Below, one piece after another: positions 25,001 through 37,250 of a DNA stretch of 64,000 nt; positions within the stretch are counted from its first letter, which is position 1, and every line of letters begins with the position of its first letter. The DNA is from Lama glama (Eukaryota). The stretch lies in the NCBI GenBank assembly GCA_028534125.1, contig CM052819.1, forward strand, positions 53,816,001 to 53,880,000. The letters run 5' to 3'. Below the pieces are notes generated by a model. The model made no database searches. It was not told the origin of the DNA and saw only the letters and a list, made by a program, of their open reading frames with translations. A program made the position numbers and the translations under genes.

Positions 25001-25444
25001 AAGAGGGAGAGAGGAGAGAGGCAGGAAAGGAGGACGGAGAACCCACTGATGGGCATCTGAGCTCTGAATAATGCAGCGACACGTTTCATTTCAAGCGCTG
25101 TTTGTGTTCCATCCCCACCCCCACCCCCGCAAGCTAATCCCCTCGCCCTCCGAGTGCCCAGCTGCTGCCGTCTGAAACCTGCCCTTGGCTGGGCAGAGGC
25201 TCACAGGGGCAGCAGGCTGCCCACCTAGTAATGCCTGGGCTCCTGTCGGCTCCACGCCTCTTTCCCTTGACCGACTTAGTGAAGTGGGCTGGTTTCCCTA
25301 GTTCCGTCCCCCAAACCATTTGTTTCTCTGCCAAAATTAGAGGAGGAGGCGTGCACCCCTCGAGCAGAGAGCCATTCTGGTTGCGGTGCAGCCCTGCAGA
25401 GAGGGCCACCCCAGGCCTGCCCGGCTCTGCTCGCTTTCCTACCA

Positions 25445-25582
25445 AGAGGGTGCTTCCTGGACCAGCAGCGAGGGCAGTAGATGGAGCTCGTTAGAATGCG
25501 TTTCAGACTGACTGAAGCAGAGCCTGTGTTTCCACAGGGGACGCAGGGAATGTGGCGGCGCATTAAAGTTTCAGAAGTGCTC
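25445..25582. mobile_element. MER5-like DNA transposon fragment
   Basis: cctggaccagcagc...ggagctcgttagaatgc...gcattaaagtttcagaagtgct. Confidence 0.55.
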
Positions 25583-25684
25583 GAATGGAATATAAACCCC
25601 AGAGAGTTTCGTTCAATTTAAGGACCTGACCTGAGAATATGAGACAGCCAAGTGGATCAGGACAAAGCTATATTGGAGAGGCAG

Positions 25685-26193
25685 TGTGGTGTGAAGCAAA
25701 CAGCCCGACCTGACGACCCTCACTTTCTGATATTCACGCCCTTGCGTGCTCCCCACGAACACTGAGTCCCGGTTGGTCCAGGTGGCAAATATGAGCATGT
25801 GAGGCTTCCGAGGTGAAGTCAGAACAGCCACTGCAACACTGTCCCAGATTGGCTCCTTGCATCACTTGCACTGGGGGAGCCCATCACTATGTTGGGGGCA
25901 CTTTCAAGAGCTTGTAGAGAAGCCCACCTGGGGATAAACTGAAGTCTCCCAGCACCACTCATCCGCCAGGCGAGAAGCCAGCTTTGCGAGTGGACCCTCC
26001 AGCTTTCAGGGGACGGCAGATCCAGCCAACACCTTACCTGCTACTTCATGAGAGACCCCAAGCAAGAACCACCAGCTAAGCCGCTCCCAAATGCCTGACC
26101 CCAAAAAACCATGTGAGCTAATAAACGTTCAATGTTGTTTTAAGCCACTGAGTGTTGGGGTCATTGGTTATTCAGTAACAAATAACTAATATG
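25685..26193 (+). mobile_element. ERVL-MaLR solo LTR (MLT1F-like)
   Basis: gatattcacgcccttg near the 5' end; 3' end aataaacgttcaatgttgttttaagccactgagtgttggggtcattggttattcagtaacaaataactaata. Confidence 0.8.
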
Positions 26194-26758
26194 AGGACAG
26201 AGCACTGCGTCTGAAACTGGGCTGCCCCAACTAGCAGGGGTCTTCCGTGCTCACATATCCATCTTAGTCCCTCTGATGCCTCGTCTACAAAGGGAACAAT
26301 CGCAGTTCATCCAACCTTCAAGCCCTTTGAATATACCAATGTACCATTGCTCCCTATGTCACCAAGACCCAAAAAAGGTGTCATCAAATTCATATATCTT
26401 CGGTTCTCAAATGCAGACTAATTTGAGAGATATAAAACTAGGGAAATGTGCATCTTAAAATCAATGGCATACAGTTTGATGTTTGTTCTGCCCACCACAC
26501 GGAGACGGTAAAAGGATCAATGGCATAACAGATGAGGAGCCACCTGGCGGGGACGGATGGGCAGCATTCGGAAGCATCTCTGCCTGAGAAAGGGAAATGA
26601 CAAGATGGTTCCAGACCAGCTAATTAAACCAGCTCTGCTGGGCTCCCGCACTTCACTTTTAATGCTCTTGCCTCCGGCTCCTATCACAATTTATGCTCAA
26701 AATGACTGCTACAAAGCCCAACCGAGAGGGAAAAATCGTCAAGGAAAACCATCTATGA

Positions 26759-26931
26759 CAGTGCTCCCCAAACTTGCTGGAGCATAAGAAATGACTTGGT
26801 GCATTTGTTAAGTCTACACCCAGGCCCCTTGCTAGAGACTTTGATTCAGTAAACCTGGGGTGGATGTTGGAATCTATATTTTAACAAGGGCCGCAGGCAG
26901 TTCTTGTGAACATACAAGATTTAAAACACTG
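26759..26931. mobile_element. hAT-Charlie (MER5-like) element
   Basis: Ends cagtgctccccaaact ... aaaacactg; internal gattcagtaaacctggggtgg...ggaatctatattttaacaag. Confidence 0.7.
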
Positions 26932-27227
26932 ATCAAAACAAGATAATATTCACCCACTTACTAATAGTTTTCCTTGCATCAAATCATAATAGGAAAAGTA
27001 CAAGTCTGGATTGCCTTAGCTCTGTCCCCAATTAAAAAAATGTCTTCAACCCAATTTGAAGATCAATGCAAAAAACTCTCTTACCAAGGAGAGTTTGCCA
27101 TCAGCCGGAAAACTTACTGAAGTCATGGAAAATTATACTAGTCAATGTTTGTAAGTTTAAAAATCTGCATAACATTAGAGGAGATACATATTAAAGAATC
27201 TATCTCTGACAGGCTGACCTGTTTCCT

Positions 27228-27408
27228 CTTTTGTTTTTAATTGAGGTATAGTTGATGTACAATATTATGCAAGTTTCAGGTGCACAACATAGTGCTTCCT
27301 AATTTTTAAAGGTTATATTCCAGTTAGAGTTATTATAAAATATTACCTATATTCCCTGTGCTGTACAATATGTCCTTGTAGCTTATTTATTTTATACATA
27401 GTAGTTTG
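27228..27408 (-). mobile_element. Short L1 3' end with TSD
   Basis: ttaattgaggtatagttgatgtacaatattat...attccctgtgctgtacaatat; TSD tgacctgtttcct (27215-27227) / tgacctgcttcct (27409-27421). Confidence 0.85.
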
Positions 27409-27683
27409 TGACCTGCTTCCTTCTTCATCTGTCAAGAAAAGTTGCTAAGCAACCGTATTTTCTTTTTCGCTCAGGCTACCAAGAATTTTTTACCCAATAT
27501 TCATGCCCCCAAACAATAATCATATCAATAATAGCTAATATTTTTGGTCAATAAACACAAAATTGCTACTGCACAGAACTTCTTGAGAGATTGTGGCTCT
27601 GCTGTGTATTTTAATGGTCATGTTATAGTCATCTGTTTTTTCCTTAAGATCCACAAGCCCTTTTGGAAGTAGGCAAGAAACAA

Positions 27684-27821
27684 ATTTTGGCAGGGGGTGG
27701 CGGGTAGATAATTAGGTTTATTTATTTTTAAACTGTTTTTCAATGGAGGAACGAGGGATGGAACCCAGGACCTCGTGTATACTAAGCATGCACTCTACCA
27801 CTGAGCTATACCCTCTCCTCC
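27684..27821 (-). mobile_element. Vic-1-like SINE
   Basis: ataattaggtttatttatt...gaacccaggacctcgtgtatactaagcatgcactctaccactgagctataccctc. Confidence 0.85.
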
Positions 27822-28589
27822 TGAGACACAAGTTTTAAAATCAATGCTGTTTGTTTTGTTCTGTTCTGTTTCTAATCACATTGAGACTAAACCACCACAA
27901 CCCCATTTCTAGCAACTCTTCTCCAAGTTATGTGGGTTGTTTCCTCTCGTACCCATCCCTGGACCAGCTTTTAAAACACCACAGGGATGCTAACCCCATC
28001 TTGGCAAGGAAGGTCCGTTTCCTACTCAAGCCAAATAACTTATACAAATAAACAGAAAATAATTTTAGAGCAGTTCCTCAAAAGGCTCTTCTTGTCTATC
28101 TCTGGTACATAACATAATTTTCTGACAATTTGACCCATCTATGGCAGCTGAGTCAGGCCATTAAAATCCTTTCCTGCAAGAACCAAAACCAAAAAAAAAA
28201 AAACCAAAACAACAACAAAAACCAAAAAGACCTTCCTCATCATTTTTAAACATCTTACTCGTGTGCTTTCAGTTTTGCAACAGAATTTCATCCTTGACCT
28301 GAACTTCTAAATATCTCACAGACAATAATTAAGTCACTAGAACCCTGTTGTGAAAAGGGCATTTTCTGACAGATGGGATACACCAAGACAGAAATTGTTT
28401 CTCCTTTTCCCCAGCCTTCTGGAGTAAGGAGACTCAGGGCAAGGATTTCCATGATCAACCTTGGAGTCTAAGGAGCATGCAGAGGCTCAAAAGGACACAG
28501 CCAGGTTGGCAATGCTTTAGAGGATGGGGTAGTGTTACTTCCCGTTGTCCCAGGGAATATTGTCAATCTACCATCCCGGCTGGCCAGGC

Positions 28590-28860
28590 TGACTTCACCT
28601 TGTTCTTTTGGTGGAAGGCCCTTTACTCTGTGAAGTCCTCCCAGCTGCCCCTCTCCTCCCATCAGGGCTAATCCTGTTCCCACCCGTCTTCCCATGACAC
28701 TCACAACATGGCCGCACAACTGGTGGCCTTATCTATTTGTCTTTGCTGCCGGACTAAGTTGTTTGAGGTCAGTGATCCTAGTTAATTCATCTTTGAACTG
28801 CAGGACCAATCAGATTACCTGGTACATAGTAGGTGCTCGGTCAATCTGTACCAATGAAAG
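28590..28860 (+). mobile_element. L2 LINE 3' end
   Basis: ctctgtgaagtcctccc...taagttgtttgaggtcag...cctggtacatagtaggtgctc. Confidence 0.6.
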
Positions 28861-29189
28861 AATCTGATCTAGTTCAGGGATTGAGGTTCCTCTGATTCAA
28901 ATTCTTTTGACCAAAGAAGGTCAAATCAGAACTCTTAAGCTGATATGCACAAAGAGGTCATTATGCAAAGAAGGACATTAGGCCCAAAGAACTGAAGTGA
29001 TTTTTCCCGAGTTAACACTAAAAAAAGGAAACAAGACAGACAAAAATCCAAACTCTCTCATTACCAACCCAACTGATTCTCCTTTACGCCACTTCACGCA
29101 TATGTTCCTCCTTTTGTCAGACCCTTGTCTTCTGCCACCACTTCTTGGACGTTCCAATTTAGTTAGCGTCTCCCTTATCCACCATTTCT

Positions 29190-29460
29190 CAACCCAGAAT
29201 CAGGTTCTCAGGGAGAAACCTTCCAGCCTGGAGCAGCCTCCTTCATCGTCTGCTCCCATACCTCCCTGAATCATGTTCCTTTCCTGTGGAGAATTAGCCC
29301 CAGCTTGCAATCATACTTTCAAAAGTAAAACTATTTTATGAGGGGCTATATTTCTCATTAAACTCCCTGAAAGTAGAAACATGTCTTTGTCTCCTGCTTT
29401 ATCCCTAGTGTCTAGTGCTGGAAGCCTCACTCAACTAATTATTTGTTGAATGAATAAATC
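29190..29460 (+). mobile_element. L2 LINE 3' end
   Basis: ctcagggagaaaccttcc...ttatccctagtgtctag...tatttgttgaatgaataaa. Confidence 0.6.
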
Positions 29461-30774
29461 ATCCTAAAACTCTCCAAAAATAAGGAGTGGGTCAGTTGTA
29501 CAAATATTCTGTCTCATGAGTAGCAGAGATATAATAAAGCAGCGAACCATTCCTGTGCAATATTAAAAGACACCTCTATTTTTGCATTCAGATAATTCAC
29601 ATTATAAATAACATGTAGGCAATGCTTAAATTCAGATGTCCCTGTTTCAGATTCTGGGGAAAATCTGGGAATTCCTCCTCTTTCAGTGGGTTCACAAGGA
29701 AATGTTAGTTATTATATCACGGGATTAAGACAAACTGGGACCACCAGTATGATGCTCACAATTTCTTTTCTGGGATAGACTGGCATGTCTGGATTATGCA
29801 GACAATTGCTTTTGACAACAGGAACAGACATTTGAGAGGATTATTATTTCATTTGTCCCTGGATCTTTAAAAAGACTCTTAAAAGCATATGACTATATTT
29901 GCAAATTTTATTCTACTTAACGCAGAGAAAGGACCGGGTCACATCTCTGATTCCCCAATTCACTTATGGATTCCAGAAAGAAATGATGACAATTTGATGT
30001 AACTGCTTAAAACATTTTAACAATCTGTTGAGTCTAATTCTACTTAATTAGATATGAAAGATTGATTCCAATCCTAACTCTGGAATTGAACTAGAGAAGT
30101 AAATGGATCACTTCTGCTGTTTCTCTCTCTTCTTCACCTGTTTAAATATAACAAAACTGTCAGCATGAAGGTGTACTAGCCTTGATCCTACAACTCATGG
30201 TGAGAAACCTGCCTTCCTTTGGAAGACCAAGAATAAAATGTTCTCCCTTGGACAAAATCCTTTGATTATAGGATGTCACTATTTTTAGAATGTTCTTAGC
30301 ACATTCCCTGTGAAGGGAAGCATGTCTTCCCCTTCTTGGAGCTTGAAAAAATGTCCCACCACTCCTGAGTTGAGGTATCTCAGAGGTGTTGGAGTGAGGC
30401 AACAATGATGTCAGAGATTATGGTTATATGCTCCAATCTGTCTTCGAGTGGATGGAATTAGGTCATTAATCGAGAGACCTAATTATAAACACAGCACAAT
30501 CCTTCCCTGGACCTCACCCTCTTCTAATATTAAATAAGGAGCATTACTCAAAGGTCCTGTTTATCAGTAGCATTCTGTGACTCTAACTTTGACCTTACTA
30601 ACACACAGGCAGTATCCCCAAGCTTGTTTCTGGAAAAGCAGAGAAAGGACCAGGTATCTTGAGGAGGTTTACTGCCTGTTCTGCCTGTGCTATAGACACC
30701 CATGGGTGCCCTGCACCCACCCCTGGGCACTGCTTCACAACAGACCTGCAACACCCAAAGGTAACCTGGATGCC

Positions 30775-31156
30775 TGTTATGGGCTGAACTGTGTTCCCCT
30801 CAAATTCGAATTTTGAAGCTCTAACCCCCAGTATCTCTAAATGTGACTATAATTTGAAGACAGCACCTTTAAAGGAGTGATTAGATTAAAATGAGGCCAT
30901 TAGGGAGAGCCCTGATCCATCCCATCAGACTGGCGTCCTTATAAGAACAGGAAACTGGACACAAAGAGACACAGAGGAAAGGCCACGTGAGGACACACTG
31001 AGAAGCCAAGGAGAGGGGTCTCAGGTGAAACCAAGCCTGCTGACTCCTTGATCTTGGGCTTCCAGGCTCCGGAACTGTGAGAAAATACATATGTGTTGTT
31101 GTTTAAGCCGCCCAGTCTGTGGTGTTCTGTTACAGCAGTCCTGGTCGACTAATGCA
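30775..31156 (+). mobile_element. ERVL-MaLR solo LTR (MLT1A/B-like)
   Basis: tgttatgggctgaactgtgttcccctcaaattc...ctggcgtccttataaga...gaactgtgagaaaata...tttaagccgcccagtctgtgg...ctaatgca. Confidence 0.9.
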
Positions 31157-31388
31157 AGGCTGAACTGACTCACCTGTCTAGATAAGAACTAGGATTGTCT
31201 TGTCTGTATCGCTCCTTTCTCCAGTGAAGAGACTTTAGTTCTAAAGCAGGAAAGTAACTCTCCCCAGGTCACAGAGGTACTTAGTGCCAGAAGAGACACC
31301 AGGACAGAACTTACGGAGGGAAACGGGTATACTCAACCCCCTGGACTTTTTCCTTAAAAAAAAAAAAATATATATATATATATATATA

Positions 31389-31431
31389 TTTAGTGTATAA
31401 AATATAAAATACATATATTTTATACACTAAA
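31389..31431. repeat. Perfect 18-bp inverted repeat, 7-nt spacer, next to an A-run/(TA)n
   Basis: tttagtgtataaaatata-aaataca-tatattttatacactaaa. Confidence 0.92.
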
Positions 31432-32399
31432 ACATCAAAACTTGGCATAGGCATCCAAACAGCATGCATCAGAAAACCCATACCAAGTACAAACTCAGCG
31501 TGCTTGAGAAACCAATTTCAAATCGGATTATGATATTTCATTGAACTAGAAACACATGTCTAAAACATGTCCTGTTTGTACCCAGAACTCCATCAGCATC
31601 CAGAGGAGGTATCAGGACTAGTTCTTTCACTCTAGAAGGCCAACGACTCTCCTCCAGAGAGTGCTCGCCACAGCTACTGACTCTCCTCTGTGCTCTGTTC
31701 TTTCCCAAAGGGGATACTGGGTGTCTGTGTCCACAGAGAGACACTCAAGCATAAGCATGCCTGCTTTTGAGACTTAGTATCAGGCATGAGACTCGACATG
31801 TGCATTGGAACCCATCTCCCTTCTCCACTTCTGGTCACACACAAGACTTGAACAGGCAGTCTCGACTCCTGGGCTGACAGGGGCTCCACGCCAAGCACGA
31901 GATGGGGCTCAAGAGGGGGTCTAGCTGCATGCTCCCCGACCACAGAAGACGTGAGGCCCTGACAGAGAACTCCGATGAAATTATCGATAGCAAACCTTGA
32001 TTATCAGAACCAGGCTAAGGAACAATGGAAGGGTTCTTGTTCACTGGTTCCTAGATGATGGTCTTTGGACATGTTCAGGTTGTCTGTGAATGAATCATCT
32101 CAAAAGGCTTTCTTTTCTTTTCTTTTAAAATACAAGTTTCCAAATCTCACCCTTGGGATGTCCTATTTCATGGGTGTAGGGTGGGTCTTTGGACTGTGTG
32201 TTTTTAGACGATCCCTGGTATGTAATTTGGGAAACACTCAAAACTGCTGTACATGTTGCAGAGTAGAAAGGAAATAACTGAGAAGTAGCAAGTGTGTCTT
32301 CATAATTCATATTATTGAGTCGTTATCATTAACTATCATAAACATCATAAGCCTGGAGCTCTTTGAGGTACCATCCATCCGTTTCTATATTCACCCTCC

Positions 32400-32914
32400 A
32401 CTGTAAGATGACAGACCACCCCAAAACTTAGTGACTTATTAAAACAAACATTTCTTATCTCTCAATTTCTGTAAGTTGGGAATTTAGGCATGATGGGGTT
32501 GGGTACTTCCAGCTTAAGGTTTTTCATGAGGTTGCAGTTAAGTCACTGGCTGGGGCCACAGTCATCTGAAAGCTTGACTGGGGCCAAATAATCCATTTTC
32601 AAATTGTTGACCAGAGGCCTCAGTTCTTCACTGACTGTTGGCAGAGGCCTTAGCTCCTCCCCACATGGGCCTCTACACAGGACATCCTATGTGTCCTCAT
32701 GACACAGCAGACACCTCCCATGGAGCAGGTGATCCAACAGAGAGCGAGGAGGAAGCCACAGTGCCTTCCATGATCCAGTTCCTGAAGTTACATCACTTTC
32801 ACTTTTTTCTATTCATTAGAAATGAGTCACTAAATCCAACCCACATGCAGGGAGAATACTCCTCACTTTTCATAGGTAATGTCAAAAAAATTGTGGACAT
32901 ATTTAACCCCCTGC
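32400..32914 (-). mobile_element. ERVL-MaLR solo LTR (MLT1F/G-like)
   Basis: ccaccccaaaacttagtgactta...catgaggttgcagt...cagtcatctgaaagcttgactggg...aattgtggacatatttaa. Confidence 0.8.
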
Positions 32915-33420
32915 AACTTCTAATATCCGTCATACTTTGAGAATGGAAACAGAAACTAGAGATACAAAGCATCCTGCCCCCATGGAAAAGTCTTGGCTTT
33001 GAGACTCTCCTGTCCCAGCTTTAGCTCTGTACCACACTTAGCCACCAAGCCACTACCCTCTTTCTTTACAAAATGAAAATTATTATTTACTGGTGGGGAG
33101 ACGTGGGTGGAGTTGGGGGCAGAGATTCTGCAAAGCCAAAGTAGATAAAATCCATGACAGTGCTGGACAGAGGTCACCTTTTGTATATCCCCTCTCTGGA
33201 TTTGTATACGTTCCTTCTGGGCACAGAGCAGCCCCCTAACACTCTCTAAGGAAATCCCATGCCCAGGGACAGTCATCTCCCTGCTCCAAATTGTGTTTTC
33301 TTTCTGGTGGGCATATCCTACCTGTGCTGTTCCTAGCAATTATGTCTGGACAGGCCCTGCAAAATGTATCTAAACAATTCTCAATGCTATCTGATTAGGT
33401 AAGTCCCCTCGAGGACTTAC

Positions 33421-33455
33421 CATTGCGGCTGTGAATTTTTCAATGCCCATTTATA
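33421..33455 (-). other. Candidate 35-nt exon (or 3' end of a first exon) ending in ATG|gtaagt
   Basis: Minus strand ttctcactttcacattcag|TATAAATGGGCATTGAAAAATTCACAGCCGCAATG|gtaagt. Confidence 0.3.
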
Positions 33456-34083
33456 CTGAATGTGAAAGTGAGAACTGCAACTAAATATGGACATATCTGG
33501 AAATATTTTGGGCTTGTGGGTATGTCTATATATACATATTTAAGTATTATTTATCTAGACCTGATATATGTAAAAAATAAAAACAAAAGTGTGAGACAGA
33601 TTTCTACTGTGATCAGAATGGGAACTTCTCTGGAGCTCTGAAGAAAAGAATTTGGTTCAGAGTCCAGCTGCCAAAGAAAATGTCAATCAACACAGAAAAC
33701 AACCTTATAACCACCTAGGCGTATGGAAAACAGCTGAGAAAGCTCATTCCCAATTCTTTTTCAAATCCCTTTCTCATCCTCCTCTCCTCCCTAGTGTTTT
33801 CAGACTCTTTAAAGAGATCCAAGAAATTCCAGTTTGGGGGAAACTCATTGTGATAAGGCATGTAATATTAAACCACCCTGTGGCCATTACAGGAAAAAAA
33901 TAAAAAGTGAAAAGCATGCCCACGCAGAGATAAGAAAAGAGCCTGAAAAACAACACTCAAAAGTTTTCCAAGCATTGAGGCATGGAGGACATAGCTAAAT
34001 CAGAAGTATTTTTTTTAATGTAGCTTTGACTAATAAGTCAAAAATTCAAGGAGCATCACAAGAGTAAGAGTAAAAGGTCCCCC

Positions 34084-34583
34084 NNNNNNNNNNNNNNNNN
34101 NNNNNNNNNNNNNNNNNNNNNNNNNNNNNNNNNNNNNNNNNNNNNNNNNNNNNNNNNNNNNNNNNNNNNNNNNNNNNNNNNNNNNNNNNNNNNNNNNNNN
34201 NNNNNNNNNNNNNNNNNNNNNNNNNNNNNNNNNNNNNNNNNNNNNNNNNNNNNNNNNNNNNNNNNNNNNNNNNNNNNNNNNNNNNNNNNNNNNNNNNNNN
34301 NNNNNNNNNNNNNNNNNNNNNNNNNNNNNNNNNNNNNNNNNNNNNNNNNNNNNNNNNNNNNNNNNNNNNNNNNNNNNNNNNNNNNNNNNNNNNNNNNNNN
34401 NNNNNNNNNNNNNNNNNNNNNNNNNNNNNNNNNNNNNNNNNNNNNNNNNNNNNNNNNNNNNNNNNNNNNNNNNNNNNNNNNNNNNNNNNNNNNNNNNNNN
34501 NNNNNNNNNNNNNNNNNNNNNNNNNNNNNNNNNNNNNNNNNNNNNNNNNNNNNNNNNNNNNNNNNNNNNNNNNNNNNNNNNNN
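34084..34583. other. Assembly gap (500 N)
   Basis: Run of n. Confidence 1.
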
Positions 34584-34744
34584 CCTACTTCTGTAAGTGT
34601 AAAACGGTGATTACAAGTGCACCTACCATTAGGTTTAGGTTAAATGTGAGGACAAACACATTTAAGAAGGTAAACCTCATGGAACAACAAACATAGAAAA
34701 CACCTAAAGCAAACACTAAAGATATTATTCCCAGAAACAAAAGG

Positions 34745-35237
34745 TAATAGATCCACACAATGGAATATTATTTGGCTATAAAAAGGAATAAAGTTCTGAT
34801 ACAGGCTACAAAATGGATGAACCTTGAAAGTCTGCTCAGTGAAAGAAGCCAGAAGCCAGACAAAAGGACACATATCATATCATTCCATTTGTTAGGTCCA
34901 GAACGTCTAGAATAGGCAAACCTATACTCAGAAAGCAGATGAGTAATATGAAAACAAATATGTGTATGTGTATGTATGACTGGGACAATATGCTGCCTAT
35001 CAGAAATTGATACATTGTAACTGACTATATGTCTATCAAAAAAAAAAAAAAAGAAAGAAAGAAAGAAAGAGAGATTAGTGGTTGCCAGGGGCTGCTGCGG
35101 AGGGGGAAAGGGAAATGACTGCTTATGGGCATAGGCTTTCTTTTCGAGGTGATGAAAATGTTCTGGAATTAGATAGTGGTGATCACTGTGCAACTTTGTA
35201 AATATGCCAAAACCACTAAATTGCACATTTTTAAAAA
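34745..35237 (+). mobile_element. L1MB/MC-like 3' end, interrupted by a younger L1 tail
   Basis: cacaatggaatattatttggctataaaaagg...atggatgaaccttgaaa...gtgatgaaaatgttctggaattagatagtggtga...accactaaattgcac. Confidence 0.9.
34945..35063 (+). mobile_element. Young L1 3' tip with poly(A)/(GAAA)n tail, nested
   Basis: aatatgaaaac...atgtatgactgggacaatatgctg...cagaaattgatacattgtaactgactata resembles the 62.7-kb L1 end; degenerate TSD agaaagcagatgagt / agaaagagagattagt. Confidence 0.75.
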
Positions 35238-36389
35238 AGGGGGGTATTATTCCTCCTCTTCCTCCTCTATGAGCTACTCCAGAACTGGGCGCAAGTGTTA
35301 TCACGGAATCCCCTAAAGTCCCCAACAAGAGGCAAGACAAACTAAATGTCAAATAAACCAAGTAACCGGCGACAAATGTGGAGCCAAAATTTTCTAGGAA
35401 ATAATCAACAAAGTCTAGAACAACTAAGCAGCTGCAAAGAATGACCAACTTGGGCAAAGTTTCATCCCCCTCCAGGCATCTGGAGTTGGGCCAGTACACA
35501 CTCATTCACTGCGGCTGAGGGTCAAAGGCAGGTTCTGCCAACAGGGGAAATAATCAAACAGCAGAACTTGGACAATCCAGATCAGGATTTAAAATAAAGG
35601 AGGCGGGGAGGACTTCATCCTTTCAGTTGGGTTCATAATCAGAGACCTCAATCAGCATGCCCAGCATCAATTTCCGACATGCAGACCTATTTATACAGGC
35701 TCCCTTTAATCGATGTAATGGCTACAAAAATAAATGAACTGGAAAGGAGGGTTGGAAGGAGAGAGAATGCCACAGGAAACAAAGAGGCACATATTTCAAA
35801 GCAACAGTTTCTTTGTTGGAACTGGCAGTCAGTGAAGAATTCTTAATTATATACTACCACTCAGCTGAACCATCCTTGCAACCTGTTCTATGTACATGTT
35901 CTAGAGGTCATTTTCTCAGCAGAAGTTTTTTAAGAAGGGGAAATACAGAGGAAGGGGAAATGAGGTAAAGTCTCAAATAAGAAAAGGAAAATAGTGTTTT
36001 CATTTTATGGTGGAGAGAAAAAGAGAAATGTTCTTTCTTACATTGCCCAGAGCCCAGAGGCTTATAAATATAGGAAATTTAAAACAATTAGAATGAATCA
36101 AATGTATTAGTATGGTTGACATAATTTGGAAGAGGGATAAACAAACAGGTGAAGCCCAGTCGTCCAGTAAATCCTCCAAATGTGCCTTAGAATTTTCAGA
36201 CTGAACTCCCTGCCACAGAGCCGCTGGACAGTCTTTCCAGGTCACTTTAATCAAGATGCCCATTTTCTCTGCCTGTAGCAATCTTACTACATTTCCAAAC
36301 TACTCTGGGTTTGCCTGTTTCTATTTTCAAGAGCACTCAGAAATCCAGATTCTTAAAAGGGCTTTTAAACCACCTCATCATCTTTGATT

Positions 36390-36975
36390 TCTCTCAGCTA
36401 CTTTTCTTTCCCATTATCACTGCCCTGTATCCAGCCCTCAACATTTCTCTCCCTCTGAGACTATTTCAATCGCCATTGACCTCGTTTATCTTTAGTGAAA
36501 TGACTCTTTGATCCACCTTCCACACACACCAGGTATTTATAACTGGACAAACCAATGAATGAATGAATGAATGAATGAAATTTAAACTCCTTAGCCTGGG
36601 CTTTAAGACTAATCATATCCACTAACCACATCAGCCTTCCAGGCTCTTCTCTCATTTGAGCCCACTCTGCTCCACATCACCACGCCCTCCCACAGTCATT
36701 CTATTCCCTGATGGCTCTGTCAGAATTCAACACTCCTTTCTCTACAGGGCACTTCCGTGGTAAGTGGTTTTTCACACTAAGGTAGCATTTAATTCAGTGT
36801 GACTTTTATCATTTGATGCTCACCAAGTTTCAGTTCACCACAGATGTAACCGTGTCTCATCTGCAATGCCTCTGAGTACCTACGATAGGCCAAAGTAAGG
36901 CCTACAGCAATGGTGTTGGGGTTACAACCGGAGTGCTGTTCAGTAAGTGCATACTAAATATATCAATGAATAAAT
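36390..36975 (+). mobile_element. L2 LINE fragments, including a (GAAT)n tail
   Basis: ccattatcactgccctgtatccagccctca..., aatgaatgaatgaatgaa, aaactccttagcctggg. Confidence 0.55.
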
Positions 36976-37009
36976 GACTCCAATAGAAAAATAATGCCCA
37001 TAAACATTG

Positions 37010-37250
37010 ATTTTGCACTATGCTAAATGACAGGCACTCTACTAAAGGTTTCACCTATGTTTCTGTTTTTTTTAAGTTTTTTTTTTAAATCATATCCTCA
37101 AATGACCTTTTAGGTAAGCACTATCATTTCCATTTTACAGATAAGGAGACTGAGGTTCCAGCTGCAAAGATCACAGGGTCAAAACGCAGCAGTGCCAGGG
37201 TTCTGCACTAGGTCTGCTGACTCCAGAACTCATCCTCTTGAATATTAACC
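37010..37250 (-). mobile_element. MIR SINE
   Basis: ttccattttacagataaggagactgagg. Confidence 0.7.

Noticed and set aside
26380-26476. Possible Tigger-type TIR (tgtgcatcttaaaatcaatggcatacagt)
   Set aside because: Only one degenerate end is recognisable, too weak to call without a Dfam search.
34768-35505. Longest ORF (245 aa, minus strand)
   Set aside because: Mostly antisense L1 3' UTR and a poly(A)/(GAAA)n tail read as FFLSFFFF; no domain recognised.
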